From the NCBI GenBank assembly GCA_048882485.1, contig JBHLRP010000005.1, positions 2,601-66,600 on the forward strand: DNA of 64,000 nucleotides, written 5' to 3'. This stretch comes from Candidatus Thorarchaeota archaeon (lineage in GTDB: Archaea > Asgardarchaeota > Thorarchaeia > Thorarchaeales > Thorarchaeaceae). This document shows, in pieces, positions 1 to 9,209 of the stretch; the first letter of the stretch is position 1; each line of letters starts with the position of its first letter. Position numbers and translations under genes: made by a program. The notes beneath the pieces are model-generated. The model was not told where the DNA came from, made no database searches, and was given only the letters and a program-made list of their open reading frames with translations.

Positions 1-17
1 TCCATGTTTCCTAACTC

Positions 18-470
18 CTAAAACACCTTTCGTCCCCATTCGCTTGCCGCTTTCTTGGCTTCATCTATATCACCACTGGTCCAAGCCCTCAAACCTCGTC
101 GGACTCTTTCCGCTTCTTCCTGACTTTCATGAACCACCATCTCATTGATGAGTTCCAGGAAACCATCATCAATGCGGATGTCAGCACTCTCATTGACAAG
201 CTTCACAACCTCGCGATTATGAGATTCTGCTTCTGAATCATCGATTGCGTGAAGGGTTACAACATAGTCAGTGCCAGCATGACCGACCAGTAGCTTAAGT
301 TCTCCAAAGCGAAGCTCTTCAATCTCGGTGCCTGAAATCTTCTTAATGAACATCTGAACTGCTGAGAGAAAGCCACCAAAGAGTGATGAGTCGCCCCTGA
401 GGTTCTCCCAGCCAAAGGATGCTATAGTTTCACCGGCGTCATTGATCAAGAAGATACCGTACATTACCAA
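18..470 (-). CDS. Longin-like domain protein (Asgard type)
   Basis: N-terminal beta strand YGIFLINDAG followed by helix DSSLFGGFLSAVQMF and a beta-rich segment, the pattern of Asgard longin-like proteins; co-oriented with a small GTPase. Confidence 0.6.
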   Translation of the reverse strand: MVMYGIFLINDAGETIASFGWENLRGDSSLFGGFLSAVQMFIKKISGTEIEELRFGELKLLVGHAGTDYVVTLHAIDDSEAESHNREVVKLVNESADIRIDDGFLELINEMVVHESQEEAERVRRGLRAWTSGDIDEAKKAASEWGRKVF

Positions 471-640
471 GCCTCGTCATCCGTTGAACCGTCAGCAATA
501 TCCCTTTCTTGCGATAGATAACCAGCACGGCCTATCTATTAAACAAAGCCTAGATTGCCATGTAATAAGCATTTCTCGTAAGTTGTAATATTAGATAATA
601 TTCCATCCCGTAATGGGAAAAGTCAAATCTAATACAAAAA

Positions 641-901
641 TTAAAGAGAATCAAACCACGACTTAGTCTTGTCGACGGCGTCTTCTTGTTTCTTGGCTGC
701 TCCAGCTACTGCTTCAACATCACGGACCTGAAAATTCTTGTCAACAAACACGACAATAGAGTGACCATACATGCATTGCGTTGTGACAATGACTGGATGA
801 CGCTTTGCTTCGGTGATAGTTGACGCCTCAACCTCGACCTTCACTAGAGTTCCTTTTGAGCATGCTGGACATGCAAATGGGTTGAGTGTAACAATAGCCA
901 A
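641..901 (-). CDS. Small Zn-ribbon protein (CxxC...CxxxH, VFVDKNFQVR)
   Basis: CPAC and CMYGH motifs; TTG start with GGTGTGGTG SD-like sequence upstream. Confidence 0.7.
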   Translation of the reverse strand: MAIVTLNPFACPACSKGTLVKVEVEASTITEAKRHPVIVTTQCMYGHSIVVFVDKNFQVRDVEAVAGAAKKQEDAVDKTKSWFDSL

Positions 902-992
902 TTCTGGAACACCACCTGTGTTTAATCGGCGAAACAGGCCATCTCATCATCATCAGTGATGCCGACATTTAACGCTATTTCTGACGCATAAG

Positions 993-1595
993 TCATGTTT
1001 CTTCATAGGCCTTGGCAATAAGCCGAGCCACAGCCTCGAACAGTTCGTATACTCCCTCTCCAGTCTTTGCAGAGACCTCGAAGACTATCGCATTGTATTG
1101 TGATGCAAACTCCATCGCCTGTTCTTTTGTTACTCCTTCTCCTTCAACCCGTTCGTCTATCTTGTTTCCTACAATTATAATTGGGCAGTCCTCAATGTTG
1201 CTGCGGAGTCGTCCAATCCAATCCTCAAGTCTATAGAGTGTAAATGGGCGGGTCACTTCAAAAACAGCAATGCCCATCTTTGAGCCTCGGAAGTATCCGT
1301 CGACAACATCCTGGAATCGAGGTTGCCCTCCAAGATCCCAGAGAAGCAATGTTACCTCAGAACCGGATATCTCTACTTTCTTCGAGGCGAAGTTGACGCC
1401 GATGGTCATCTTCATTTGCTCATCAAAGCGGTCCTCAGTGTATCTAACGGCGATGCTAGTCTTGCCCACTCCCCCGTCGCCGATTAATACAGTTTTATAG
1501 ATTGCAGACATTCGATGCTGTGTCATGGGTTGGGCCCTTCTGAGGAGGGCTGATAGGAAAGGCGACATATGAAGCTTTTCGGTTTCAGTTGTCAC
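993..1595 (-). CDS. Rab-like small GTPase (real start probably 1511 or 1526)
   Basis: G1 GDGGVGKT, G2 TIGVNF, G3 WDLGGQ, G4 NKID, G5 SAK; no C-terminal Cys prenylation motif. Confidence 0.92.
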   Translation of the reverse strand: MTTETEKLHMSPFLSALLRRAQPMTQHRMSAIYKTVLIGDGGVGKTSIAVRYTEDRFDEQMKMTIGVNFASKKVEISGSEVTLLLWDLGGQPRFQDVVDGYFRGSKMGIAVFEVTRPFTLYRLEDWIGRLRSNIEDCPIIIVGNKIDERVEGEGVTKEQAMEFASQYNAIVFEVSAKTGEGVYELFEAVARLIAKAYEET

Positions 1596-1653
1596 ATATA
1601 CAGAGATGCCCGATTGTGTTCAGTTTGCTATCTGAGCCTTTCACAAATGCTCA

Positions 1654-2646
1654 TCATTCCAGAATTATTGGGAAATTATCAACACTCCCAGCTAAGCCCT
1701 GAATTGTATAGGGTCCAGAACCAGAGTAGTCGCTCCAAGCATTCCCTTTGGAAACTCCATCATCCCAATTGTTCATGGAACCATCATCCTGTGCATTTAT
1801 TCCATTCCAGCCAATCTGATTCCCGATAACTGTGAAGTTCTCCGTGGTGGCTGTTAGTTTGATGCCTGCTACTGAGTTGTTGAGGAATCTGCAATTTGTG
1901 ATGGTCCAATCCATACAATTAGTTTCCACGTTGAGACCTGTCAGGTTATCGACTATCGTGTTGTTTTCTAGAATTGTATGCATTGAGCGGTGAGAATTGA
2001 AACCAACTTCGCTACTGCTGAGGTGGTTATTGGAAACCTGAGTGTCCGCTGCAGCAAGCAACATAAGAGCCCACCAACAATCTTCCACCCAATTATCATC
2101 TACGAGAATGCGTTCAGTGTCTGTCAGATTAATTCCACAACCAACACCGCTGATGTAGCAAGAGGATATTTCGCAATCATTGGCTTCCCAGAAGTCGGCA
2201 CCCTGATAGCCAGTTTCCATTGTGCAATTCTCAACGACTCCATTGGAGCAGTAGTATATCCTGATGCAGACCCCCCAAGCCTCGTCATTCGCTATGAGGT
2301 GGCAGTTTCTAACAATGAAATAGTACTCTATGACATTCCTGATATGGATACAATAATAGCCGTCAGATACGATCCTAAGCCCTTCAATTATGAAAGGATC
2401 ATCAACTGTGCCATTTCCTCTCCATTCGTTTTGCAAAGCCTGTTGCTGCAATTCATAATCGCTCAATATGGAAATAGGTTCGTGGTCAATATAGGTACCC
2501 AGCGTTGGAGGAGAAGAGCCTGTATTGGTTGGGGTGGTGCCGTCTCCAAGATTCCCACTGTAGAATAGATATGCTGATGCAGCAATTGCTACCACGACAA
2601 CTACCATGATTAGGGATTTACTAGAGCCGCCTGATGACTGCACCAC
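1654..2646 (-). CDS. N-terminally anchored NosD-like right-handed beta-helix protein
   Basis: N-terminal TM segment, GNGTVDDPFIIEGL motif, beta-helix repeats, C-terminal NNWDDGVSKGNAWSD motif. Confidence 0.85.
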   Translation of the reverse strand: MVQSSGGSSKSLIMVVVVVAIAASAYLFYSGNLGDGTTPTNTGSSPPTLGTYIDHEPISILSDYELQQQALQNEWRGNGTVDDPFIIEGLRIVSDGYYCIHIRNVIEYYFIVRNCHLIANDEAWGVCIRIYYCSNGVVENCTMETGYQGADFWEANDCEISSCYISGVGCGINLTDTERILVDDNWVEDCWWALMLLAAADTQVSNNHLSSSEVGFNSHRSMHTILENNTIVDNLTGLNVETNCMDWTITNCRFLNNSVAGIKLTATTENFTVIGNQIGWNGINAQDDGSMNNWDDGVSKGNAWSDYSGSGPYTIQGLAGSVDNFPIILE

Positions 2647-2867
2647 ACTTCACACGCACCTACACCTTATTGTATTGCTGGGATTGCATATTAGGATTAA
2701 GGTGTATATCCAAGCACCATTAGTCCATTGTGCAATGCCTGCATGCACATCTGTCTGAAAGGGGCTATAAGAGTAATCTAATTAGGCTGGGCGATTGCTA
2801 CAAATCTATGAATGATTTGGAAAGCGCGGCAATGATTTCGACTCCATATTCGGAGAATAACAGATTC

Positions 2868-3683
2868 ATGGTTAGCAAGGTTGTGGCCACTGATGACCTC
2901 AAGGCGTCGATTTTGAGAGCAGTTGATTTGATCGGAGGTTTTGAGAAAGTCATAGAATCTGGTGACATAGTAACAATCAAGCCAAATCTGAATACCGCTG
3001 ACCCTTTTCCTGCTTCAAGCGATCCTGAGTTTCTACGCGCAGTTGGTGAGTTAATCCTTGAAGCAGGAGCAACCAAATTACGGATAGTGGATAGCTCGAT
3101 GTTTGCTTTGAAGACATGCGATGTGGCAGACGATATTGGACTGTGCAGCATGGTTGGAGACCTTGGAATCGAGCTGGTCTACCTCGATGAGCACGATTGG
3201 GTGAAGAGAAAGTTCCCCAAGGGCAAGCATATGAAGAGCGGCTCAATTGGAGAGCCAGCTCTTGAGGGCGACAAGCTCGTGGTCGTTCCATGCCTAAAGA
3301 CTCATAGGTTTGCCAGATTCACTGCTACTATGAAGTCATTTGTAGGATGGGTCGCGACCAAAGATCGCCTCAAGATGCATGCCAGAAGATTGGAAACGAA
3401 AATCGCGGATCTGGCTTCTTTCTTCAAACCCCACCTTGTTCTGATGGACGCACGAAAAGTCTTCGTGACAGGAGGCCCAGCAAGCGGACATCTTGAATCG
3501 CCTAATCTCATCCTGGCTAGCGGCGACATGGTTTCAATCGATGTGGAAGGCGTACGGGTATTGAAGAGTTATGGGGCAAAGAACCGACTGGATGGGGATG
3601 TCTGGGATTTACCTCAGATACGTCATGCCGCGGAGATCGAGATAGGTGCAAAAAGTGATGATGACATTATGGTTGTAACCTAG
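2868..3683 (+). CDS. DUF362 domain protein
   Basis: IKPNL, LKTH, T-x-x-MK and D-x-V-x-I-D motifs; start moved to MVSKVV at 2868. Confidence 0.85.
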   Translation: MVSKVVATDDLKASILRAVDLIGGFEKVIESGDIVTIKPNLNTADPFPASSDPEFLRAVGELILEAGATKLRIVDSSMFALKTCDVADDIGLCSMVGDLGIELVYLDEHDWVKRKFPKGKHMKSGSIGEPALEGDKLVVVPCLKTHRFARFTATMKSFVGWVATKDRLKMHARRLETKIADLASFFKPHLVLMDARKVFVTGGPASGHLESPNLILASGDMVSIDVEGVRVLKSYGAKNRLDGDVWDLPQIRHAAEIEIGAKSDDDIMVVT

Positions 3684-3684
3684 C

Positions 3685-4431
3685 TTATAGTGAGGGGAAC
3701 CCCCAATCATCGCTGATATCTTGCCCACTGAAATTACTGATTCTGAAGGAGCCCGATGACCAAGTCAGTGGACTGAATCCGAGTAGTAGAGTTTGAGTTC
3801 GCCAACTCGCCACGACTATGTGCCTATTCAATCCTTGACTTGGCGCTACAAGAAAAACATTCGATAGCTCCATCAGGAGCGAAGTGCTAATCTTATAGAA
3901 GAAGCTGTATGTCTTGCGATGCTCCTCAGTTCCTTGCTCCTTTAGGTCCTTCAAGTATCGCATTATTGTGTCATCATGGACTCTCGAATCCATGACATCA
4001 GATAACTCATCCACGTCTACAACTACTGCTGTTTCGAAGTAGTAGGCAAGTGGAAACTCGGTGATATGGAAGACTATGAATTTGTTCATGGTGATGGAGC
4101 GATAGAGATGTTCGAATATCGATTGCTTTGAAAATAGACTACTTGGGTCCAACAATGCTGGCTCGAAGTTGGTGGATGCATCAGAAACCACAAGCCTAAA
4201 CATGTCATCCAGCAGATCTCCGTCATATCCTATCCGTACGATGTGATATGGTCGATTCGAGCTATCTTCTCTTATGAGATTCTGTTCCCGGAGGAATTCG
4301 TCGAAGTCTCGGCGAAATGCATCAAACTCATCATCACTGTCGACGACAAATAGCGATTGGCCTGATTTTCCCAAATTTGATATGGCATCATCATATGCCT
4401 TGAACCGCGCGGCTTTGTCGTCACTATTCAC
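3685..4431 (-). CDS. Hypothetical protein
   Basis: 248-aa ORF filling the gap, protein-like composition, no motif recognised. Confidence 0.6.
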   Translation of the reverse strand: MNSDDKAARFKAYDDAISNLGKSGQSLFVVDSDDEFDAFRRDFDEFLREQNLIREDSSNRPYHIVRIGYDGDLLDDMFRLVVSDASTNFEPALLDPSSLFSKQSIFEHLYRSITMNKFIVFHITEFPLAYYFETAVVVDVDELSDVMDSRVHDDTIMRYLKDLKEQGTEEHRKTYSFFYKISTSLLMELSNVFLVAPSQGLNRHIVVASWRTQTLLLGFSPLTWSSGSFRISNFSGQDISDDWGFPSL

Positions 4432-4549
4432 AACTAGTAACCTATTATCAGATATTCAAGTCTAATAACTTAATGGTTTCGATTACGTATCCTCTTCTTG
4501 ACAAAGAATTTTTCAAGCTCGATGGTAATTGCTAGTAGAGGTCGCGTTA

Positions 4550-4801
4550 ATGGGCGAGAAGAAACAGATTGGTGTGATTACACGATATTTCCACAAGATC
4601 GGTGTGGCTGCAATTATGTTGGAGGACACTTTGAAAGTAGGCGATAAAATCAGTATCGAAGGAACTACTACAAGTTTCGAGCAAGAGATTGCATCCATGC
4701 AGGTTGATAGGAAGGACATTAGCGAGGGTATCAAAGGACAGGAGATTGCAATCAAGGTTAAGGACAGAGTCAGAGAAAAGGATACTGTCTACTTGCTATA
4801 G
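4550..4801 (+). CDS. Small translation-factor-like beta-barrel protein (U32 C-terminal/EF-Tu domain II-like)
   Basis: IGVITRYFHKIGVAAI...LKVGD...G.TT.FEQ...SMQ...VRE.D.VY pattern; GAGGT SD before ATG 4550. Confidence 0.8.
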   Translation: MGEKKQIGVITRYFHKIGVAAIMLEDTLKVGDKISIEGTTTSFEQEIASMQVDRKDISEGIKGQEIAIKVKDRVREKDTVYLL

Positions 4802-4974
4802 CCAATAGAGAGGCATTTCTCCTCGTAAGTTGGCTTATAGAACATTCCGTGAACCTCTTTCTGTTTACACTTGATGAAGCAGGTTTGAGAGTACCATCTA
4901 TTCCCCAAGTTTCAGAGAATGCCTGCTCAACAGCAAGAGTTATTGACTCTCTTCGAGTGACGGTGAGGACAATC

Positions 4975-7350
4975 ATGAAATCCGTAGAGTATTACTCTGC
5001 CTGTGCCCTCAATTGCCCAGACATATGTGCCTATACTGTAGAAGTTGCCGATGGGAGAATTACCAGACTAAAAGGGGACCCCAATCATCCCTATACGCTT
5101 GGAAGATGTTGTCCAAAGGGGTATGCTCATCTCCTGAGGATGTACTCTGAAGACCGATTGAAGCATCCACTTCGAAGGCAAGATGATGGCACATTCAAGC
5201 AGATATCATGGGATGAAGCTTTGGATGAGATTGCTGAGAAGATGCATGTAGCAAAGAATGCAAAGGGGCCTCAAGCAGTTGGGATTTACTCGGGCTCAGG
5301 AAATGACGGCATGGCCCCGAGATATGCATCACGCTTCTCAAATGCATTTGGTTGTCGAATGATTCCTGGGATTGTGGAGATATGCTTCGAGGGGGCCTAT
5401 GAAGGAGCCCGATTCAACGTTGGTTCATTTCTTCCTCATGAACTGAGCGACTGGGCCAACTCGAAGTGTATTGTCATTTGGGGCACAAACAAATTCGAGT
5501 CCAGCGTCCATTCGAAACGAGTCATCCAGGAGGCAATTGACAATGGAGCCAAGCTCATTGTAGTCGACCCAAGGAAGACTCCACACGCTGAGATGGCTGA
5601 CATCCACACTACCATTAGGCCGGGGACTGATGGCGCCCTCGCACTTGGCATTGCAAATGAGATCATAACGCGTTGTCTCTACGACGAGGAGTATGTCGAG
5701 GATTACGTCCATGGATTCGATGAGTTCAAGGAGCGCGTTGCAACATATGATAGAAAGACAGTCAGTAGAATCACATGGGTGGATGAGAACACTATTCAGA
5801 AAATCGCAGTTGCCTTTGCCACACATGGTCCAGCCCTAATAATGACTGCCCCCGCCGGGATGAATCACTACACCAATGGCACCTGGGCAGCTAGAGCTGT
5901 CCATAGCCTACTTGCTATATGTGGATATCTTGGCGTTTCAGGAGGGGGATTTCAGTATCTGTCTTCAGATAATAGCCCTTTCAACAACGGTGCTGTTACC
6001 CTTGAGCACCTATTGGAATCTTCAGTTCAACCTGTGGTGCCTTCTGGTACCTATATTCCCGAATATGTTCTCAGCCATGATGATAGTCCATTGGACGTAT
6101 TGGTTATCCAGGCTGCAAGCCCTTTGACTCAGTGGCCGAATACCAATACAGCAAGGAAGGCACTTGAGAGAATTCCTTTCAAAGTATGCATTGACTTAGA
6201 GCTAACAGACACAGCGCGTCTATGTGAGATTGTGCTGCCTGCTACGTTCATCTTTGAGCATGACAACCTTGTTCATAGCGAATTACATCGGATTGTGCAG
6301 TTTGCGCCTAAGATTGTGGAGCCTGAAGGTGAAGCGAGGGATGAGCTTGAGATCTGGAAGGGACTTGCCGAACGGTTGGGCATGGATGAACACTTCAGAT
6401 TGACATCAAGAGATGCCATGAAACTAGCCCTGGATTCAGATGAATGCAAACATATTACTCTTGAAGACCTTATGAAGAATCCAGAAGGTATTCGCACAAA
6501 GGCTCCATCTATCCCATTCTCCGATTTTATCTTCAATACTCCCACAAAAAAAGCAGAGCTCTACTCAACTGAGTTAGAGGATCTTGGTTATGACCCGCTT
6601 CCATTCCATGAAGAGCCTACCGAGAGTCCATTGTCTACTCCTGAAGTCTTTGAAGAATATCCTCTAATCATGATAACTGGTCGTCTGAGAGAACGACTCC
6701 ATTCACAATACACCACAGTAGAACTGGGCGCAGAAGTGAAAAGCTTCGCCCATTGCACAACTTGTCAGGAATGCATCAAGGAGTGTCCGGATGAAGCCAT
6801 TGCCCTGACTCGGCCAACCCCTCATCAGATTCAACTGAACCAAGAAGCACAACCCCGATCAAAAGCGAAATTGAGAGAGGAACTCAGCCTTCTTGTTGGT
6901 GAGCTTGCAGTCCATCTATCGGATGATGAAATCTCAGTTCCGGACCGCATCACCGGATTGCTTGTACCCGTCTGGGACGAAGAGAAATGCATTGGATGCA
7001 GAGAATGCAATCTTGATGTCTGTCCATATGACGTAGTGGAAGAACCAATCAGGATGCCCAGTATGCACAATGCTCCTGCTCAGCGTACCTACATCAAGAT
7101 GCATCCTGATGCGGCAACATCATTGGGCTTGAAACATGGAAATCGAGTCACTGTTGAGTCCAGGCACGGATGTGTAGCTAGCGTCAGGCTGGATGTAACG
7201 GACAAAGTCGATCCAAGAATCATATGGTCAAGCGATGGGTGGTGGGAGCGAGATGGTAACATCAATGTTCTTACAGACGACAAGCATACTGCGTTCGGAC
7301 ACACTCCCGGATTCAACTCTGTCTTGGTTAAGGTCTACCTGAGTGAGTGA
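4975..7350 (+). CDS. Mo/W-bisPGD (DMSO reductase superfamily) oxidoreductase with inserted 2x[4Fe-4S] ferredoxin
   Basis: N-terminal CALNCPDIC...C cluster, ISWDEAL, WGTN, VDPR, RPGTDGALA, LPA, RLHSQY; two ferredoxin-type Cys motifs; GGTGAGG SD before ATG 4975. Confidence 0.9.
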   Translation: MKSVEYYSACALNCPDICAYTVEVADGRITRLKGDPNHPYTLGRCCPKGYAHLLRMYSEDRLKHPLRRQDDGTFKQISWDEALDEIAEKMHVAKNAKGPQAVGIYSGSGNDGMAPRYASRFSNAFGCRMIPGIVEICFEGAYEGARFNVGSFLPHELSDWANSKCIVIWGTNKFESSVHSKRVIQEAIDNGAKLIVVDPRKTPHAEMADIHTTIRPGTDGALALGIANEIITRCLYDEEYVEDYVHGFDEFKERVATYDRKTVSRITWVDENTIQKIAVAFATHGPALIMTAPAGMNHYTNGTWAARAVHSLLAICGYLGVSGGGFQYLSSDNSPFNNGAVTLEHLLESSVQPVVPSGTYIPEYVLSHDDSPLDVLVIQAASPLTQWPNTNTARKALERIPFKVCIDLELTDTARLCEIVLPATFIFEHDNLVHSELHRIVQFAPKIVEPEGEARDELEIWKGLAERLGMDEHFRLTSRDAMKLALDSDECKHITLEDLMKNPEGIRTKAPSIPFSDFIFNTPTKKAELYSTELEDLGYDPLPFHEEPTESPLSTPEVFEEYPLIMITGRLRERLHSQYTTVELGAEVKSFAHCTTCQECIKECPDEAIALTRPTPHQIQLNQEAQPRSKAKLREELSLLVGELAVHLSDDEISVPDRITGLLVPVWDEEKCIGCRECNLDVCPYDVVEEPIRMPSMHNAPAQRTYIKMHPDAATSLGLKHGNRVTVESRHGCVASVRLDVTDKVDPRIIWSSDGWWERDGNINVLTDDKHTAFGHTPGFNSVLVKVYLSE

Positions 7351-7354
7351 GAAT

Positions 7355-7825
7355 TCACTCCTCTTTTGGCATGGGCCATGTTCCTTGTGTCAGTCGATTC
7401 ACAACTATTTGTCCCAGATGGTATGAATTATGCTGGGCCAAGACAATGAGAGATGATAAGACAGGGAAGTCTGCCCAAGAAGCCATCGGGGCAGCTAGGT
7501 CACTTTCTAATGATAGTGTCTTTGCTTCTTCAAGACCCGACTTGAAACGGGCAACCAAATCGTCCCAGGTGTCAGTCGTTAATTCAGCAGGCCAACTTGG
7601 CTCACCATCTTTGGGCCAATCAACTTTCTCCAATCTAGCAGCCTTTAGGCAGAGGTCTTGCCAAAAGACAATATGAAATAGTTGTTCCCAAGATGAATGC
7701 ACATGTTCCGTAATCCGTTCCTTTGCCTGGTCATCTGAAATGCCATCAACAATCTTTAGAGACTCTGCATGCGTTCCTTTGCCATATAGCCCTGCAGCAA
7801 GGGCCTTGCCAAGTTTTTCTTTCAT
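7355..7825 (-). CDS. DinB family protein
   Basis: H...FW and HNSYHLGQI motifs. Confidence 0.85.
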   Translation of the reverse strand: MKEKLGKALAAGLYGKGTHAESLKIVDGISDDQAKERITEHVHSSWEQLFHIVFWQDLCLKAARLEKVDWPKDGEPSWPAELTTDTWDDLVARFKSGLEEAKTLSLESDLAAPMASWADFPVLSSLIVLAQHNSYHLGQIVVNRLTQGTWPMPKEE

Positions 7826-7930
7826 GAATAGACGAAGTGATGGCGAGTTTTATTCTTAGCTATCTCATGATGGCCTGAGTCAAAAGCTATATGATTGGGT
7901 TGCCCAGGCGCTACTATTGGTAGATAGAAT

Positions 7931-8995
7931 ATGGACCCACGAATTGTTGAACATGCAAAGATCTTGGTGAAATGGAGCACTGACATCCAGCCGGGTGAAA
8001 TGGTTGGAATCATAGGCAGTCCGCTCTCACATGATTTGGTGGTCGCCCTCAATAAGGAGGTTGGCAAAGCTGGCGGCCGAATGATCAATCTAATGGATAG
8101 CGACGAGGCTGCACGAGCCTTCTATGATGGTGCAAGTGATGAAACGCTGCAAATATTTCCAAAACACTACAAGGCTTTAATCGAGAGTCTTGATGTACTA
8201 ATTGTAGCACGATCTCCTATGAACACCAAAGCGCTGGCGAATGTTGATCCTAATCGAATTATGTTGAACAATGTGACCCAACAAGAAATCATGGCATTAT
8301 ACTTGACCAAGAAGTGGTGCTTGACAGTTCACCCGTGCCTGACGCTAGCACAACAAGCAAGCATGAGTTTGGAGGAGTACAAAGACTTTGTCTATGGAGC
8401 TACTCTCATTGATTGGGAGTCAGAGTCGAAGAACATGTACGTGATGAAAGAGCATCTTGAACGCCATAGTGATATCAGATTTGTGGGGCCTGAAACCGAC
8501 CTTTACGCGTCGACCGAGGGTCGAATCTGGATTGCTTCTGATGGCAAACACAATATGCCATCGGGTGAGGTTTTCACTGCGCCTGTAGAAGACACAGTGG
8601 AGGGCAAAATATACTTCGACACTCCGTTCCTTCAGCAAGGAAAGGTCATCGAGGGTGTGCGGCTATCATTTGAGAAAGGCGATGTTGTTGACTTCTCTGC
8701 GGAGAAAGAGGAAACCACTCTAAAGGCTATCATCGAGATTGATGAAGGCTCAAAGAAACTTGGTGAGATGGCCATTGGTACAAACCGGGGAATTACACAA
8801 CATACCTTGAACATGCTCTTTGATGAGAAGATAGGTGACACTATTCATTGTGCTCTTGGGAGAGCTTACCAGGATTGTAACGGTACAAATGAAAGCGCTG
8901 TTCATGTCGACATGATCAAGACCATGAAGGAAGGCGAGATCATCGCAGGCGACGAGATCATCTACAAGAATGGCAAGTACTTCTATGAAACGTAG
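7931..8995 (+). CDS. Aminopeptidase, M29 (AmpS/thermophilic metalloprotease) family
   Basis: NMPSGEVFTAP, LGEMAIGTN, LFDEKIG, HCALG, SAVHVDM motifs. Confidence 0.92.
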   Translation: MDPRIVEHAKILVKWSTDIQPGEMVGIIGSPLSHDLVVALNKEVGKAGGRMINLMDSDEAARAFYDGASDETLQIFPKHYKALIESLDVLIVARSPMNTKALANVDPNRIMLNNVTQQEIMALYLTKKWCLTVHPCLTLAQQASMSLEEYKDFVYGATLIDWESESKNMYVMKEHLERHSDIRFVGPETDLYASTEGRIWIASDGKHNMPSGEVFTAPVEDTVEGKIYFDTPFLQQGKVIEGVRLSFEKGDVVDFSAEKEETTLKAIIEIDEGSKKLGEMAIGTNRGITQHTLNMLFDEKIGDTIHCALGRAYQDCNGTNESAVHVDMIKTMKEGEIIAGDEIIYKNGKYFYET

Positions 8996-9209
8996 ACACT
9001 GACTGGAAGTTCCCAACCAGTATTAGTTTCAATGGAAGTGTTTGACGAAATAACTCAGTATGGAAATCATGTGCTGTTATTCAGGCAATCCTTTCGATTT
9101 ATTGGTGCCTTTTGTCGGTTTTTCATATAGGAGGCTTTTACTATATGGTTTATGAATGAATATTGATAGATATTATAGGATACCAATCAGTATTTGAGCA
9201 TAGGTATGA

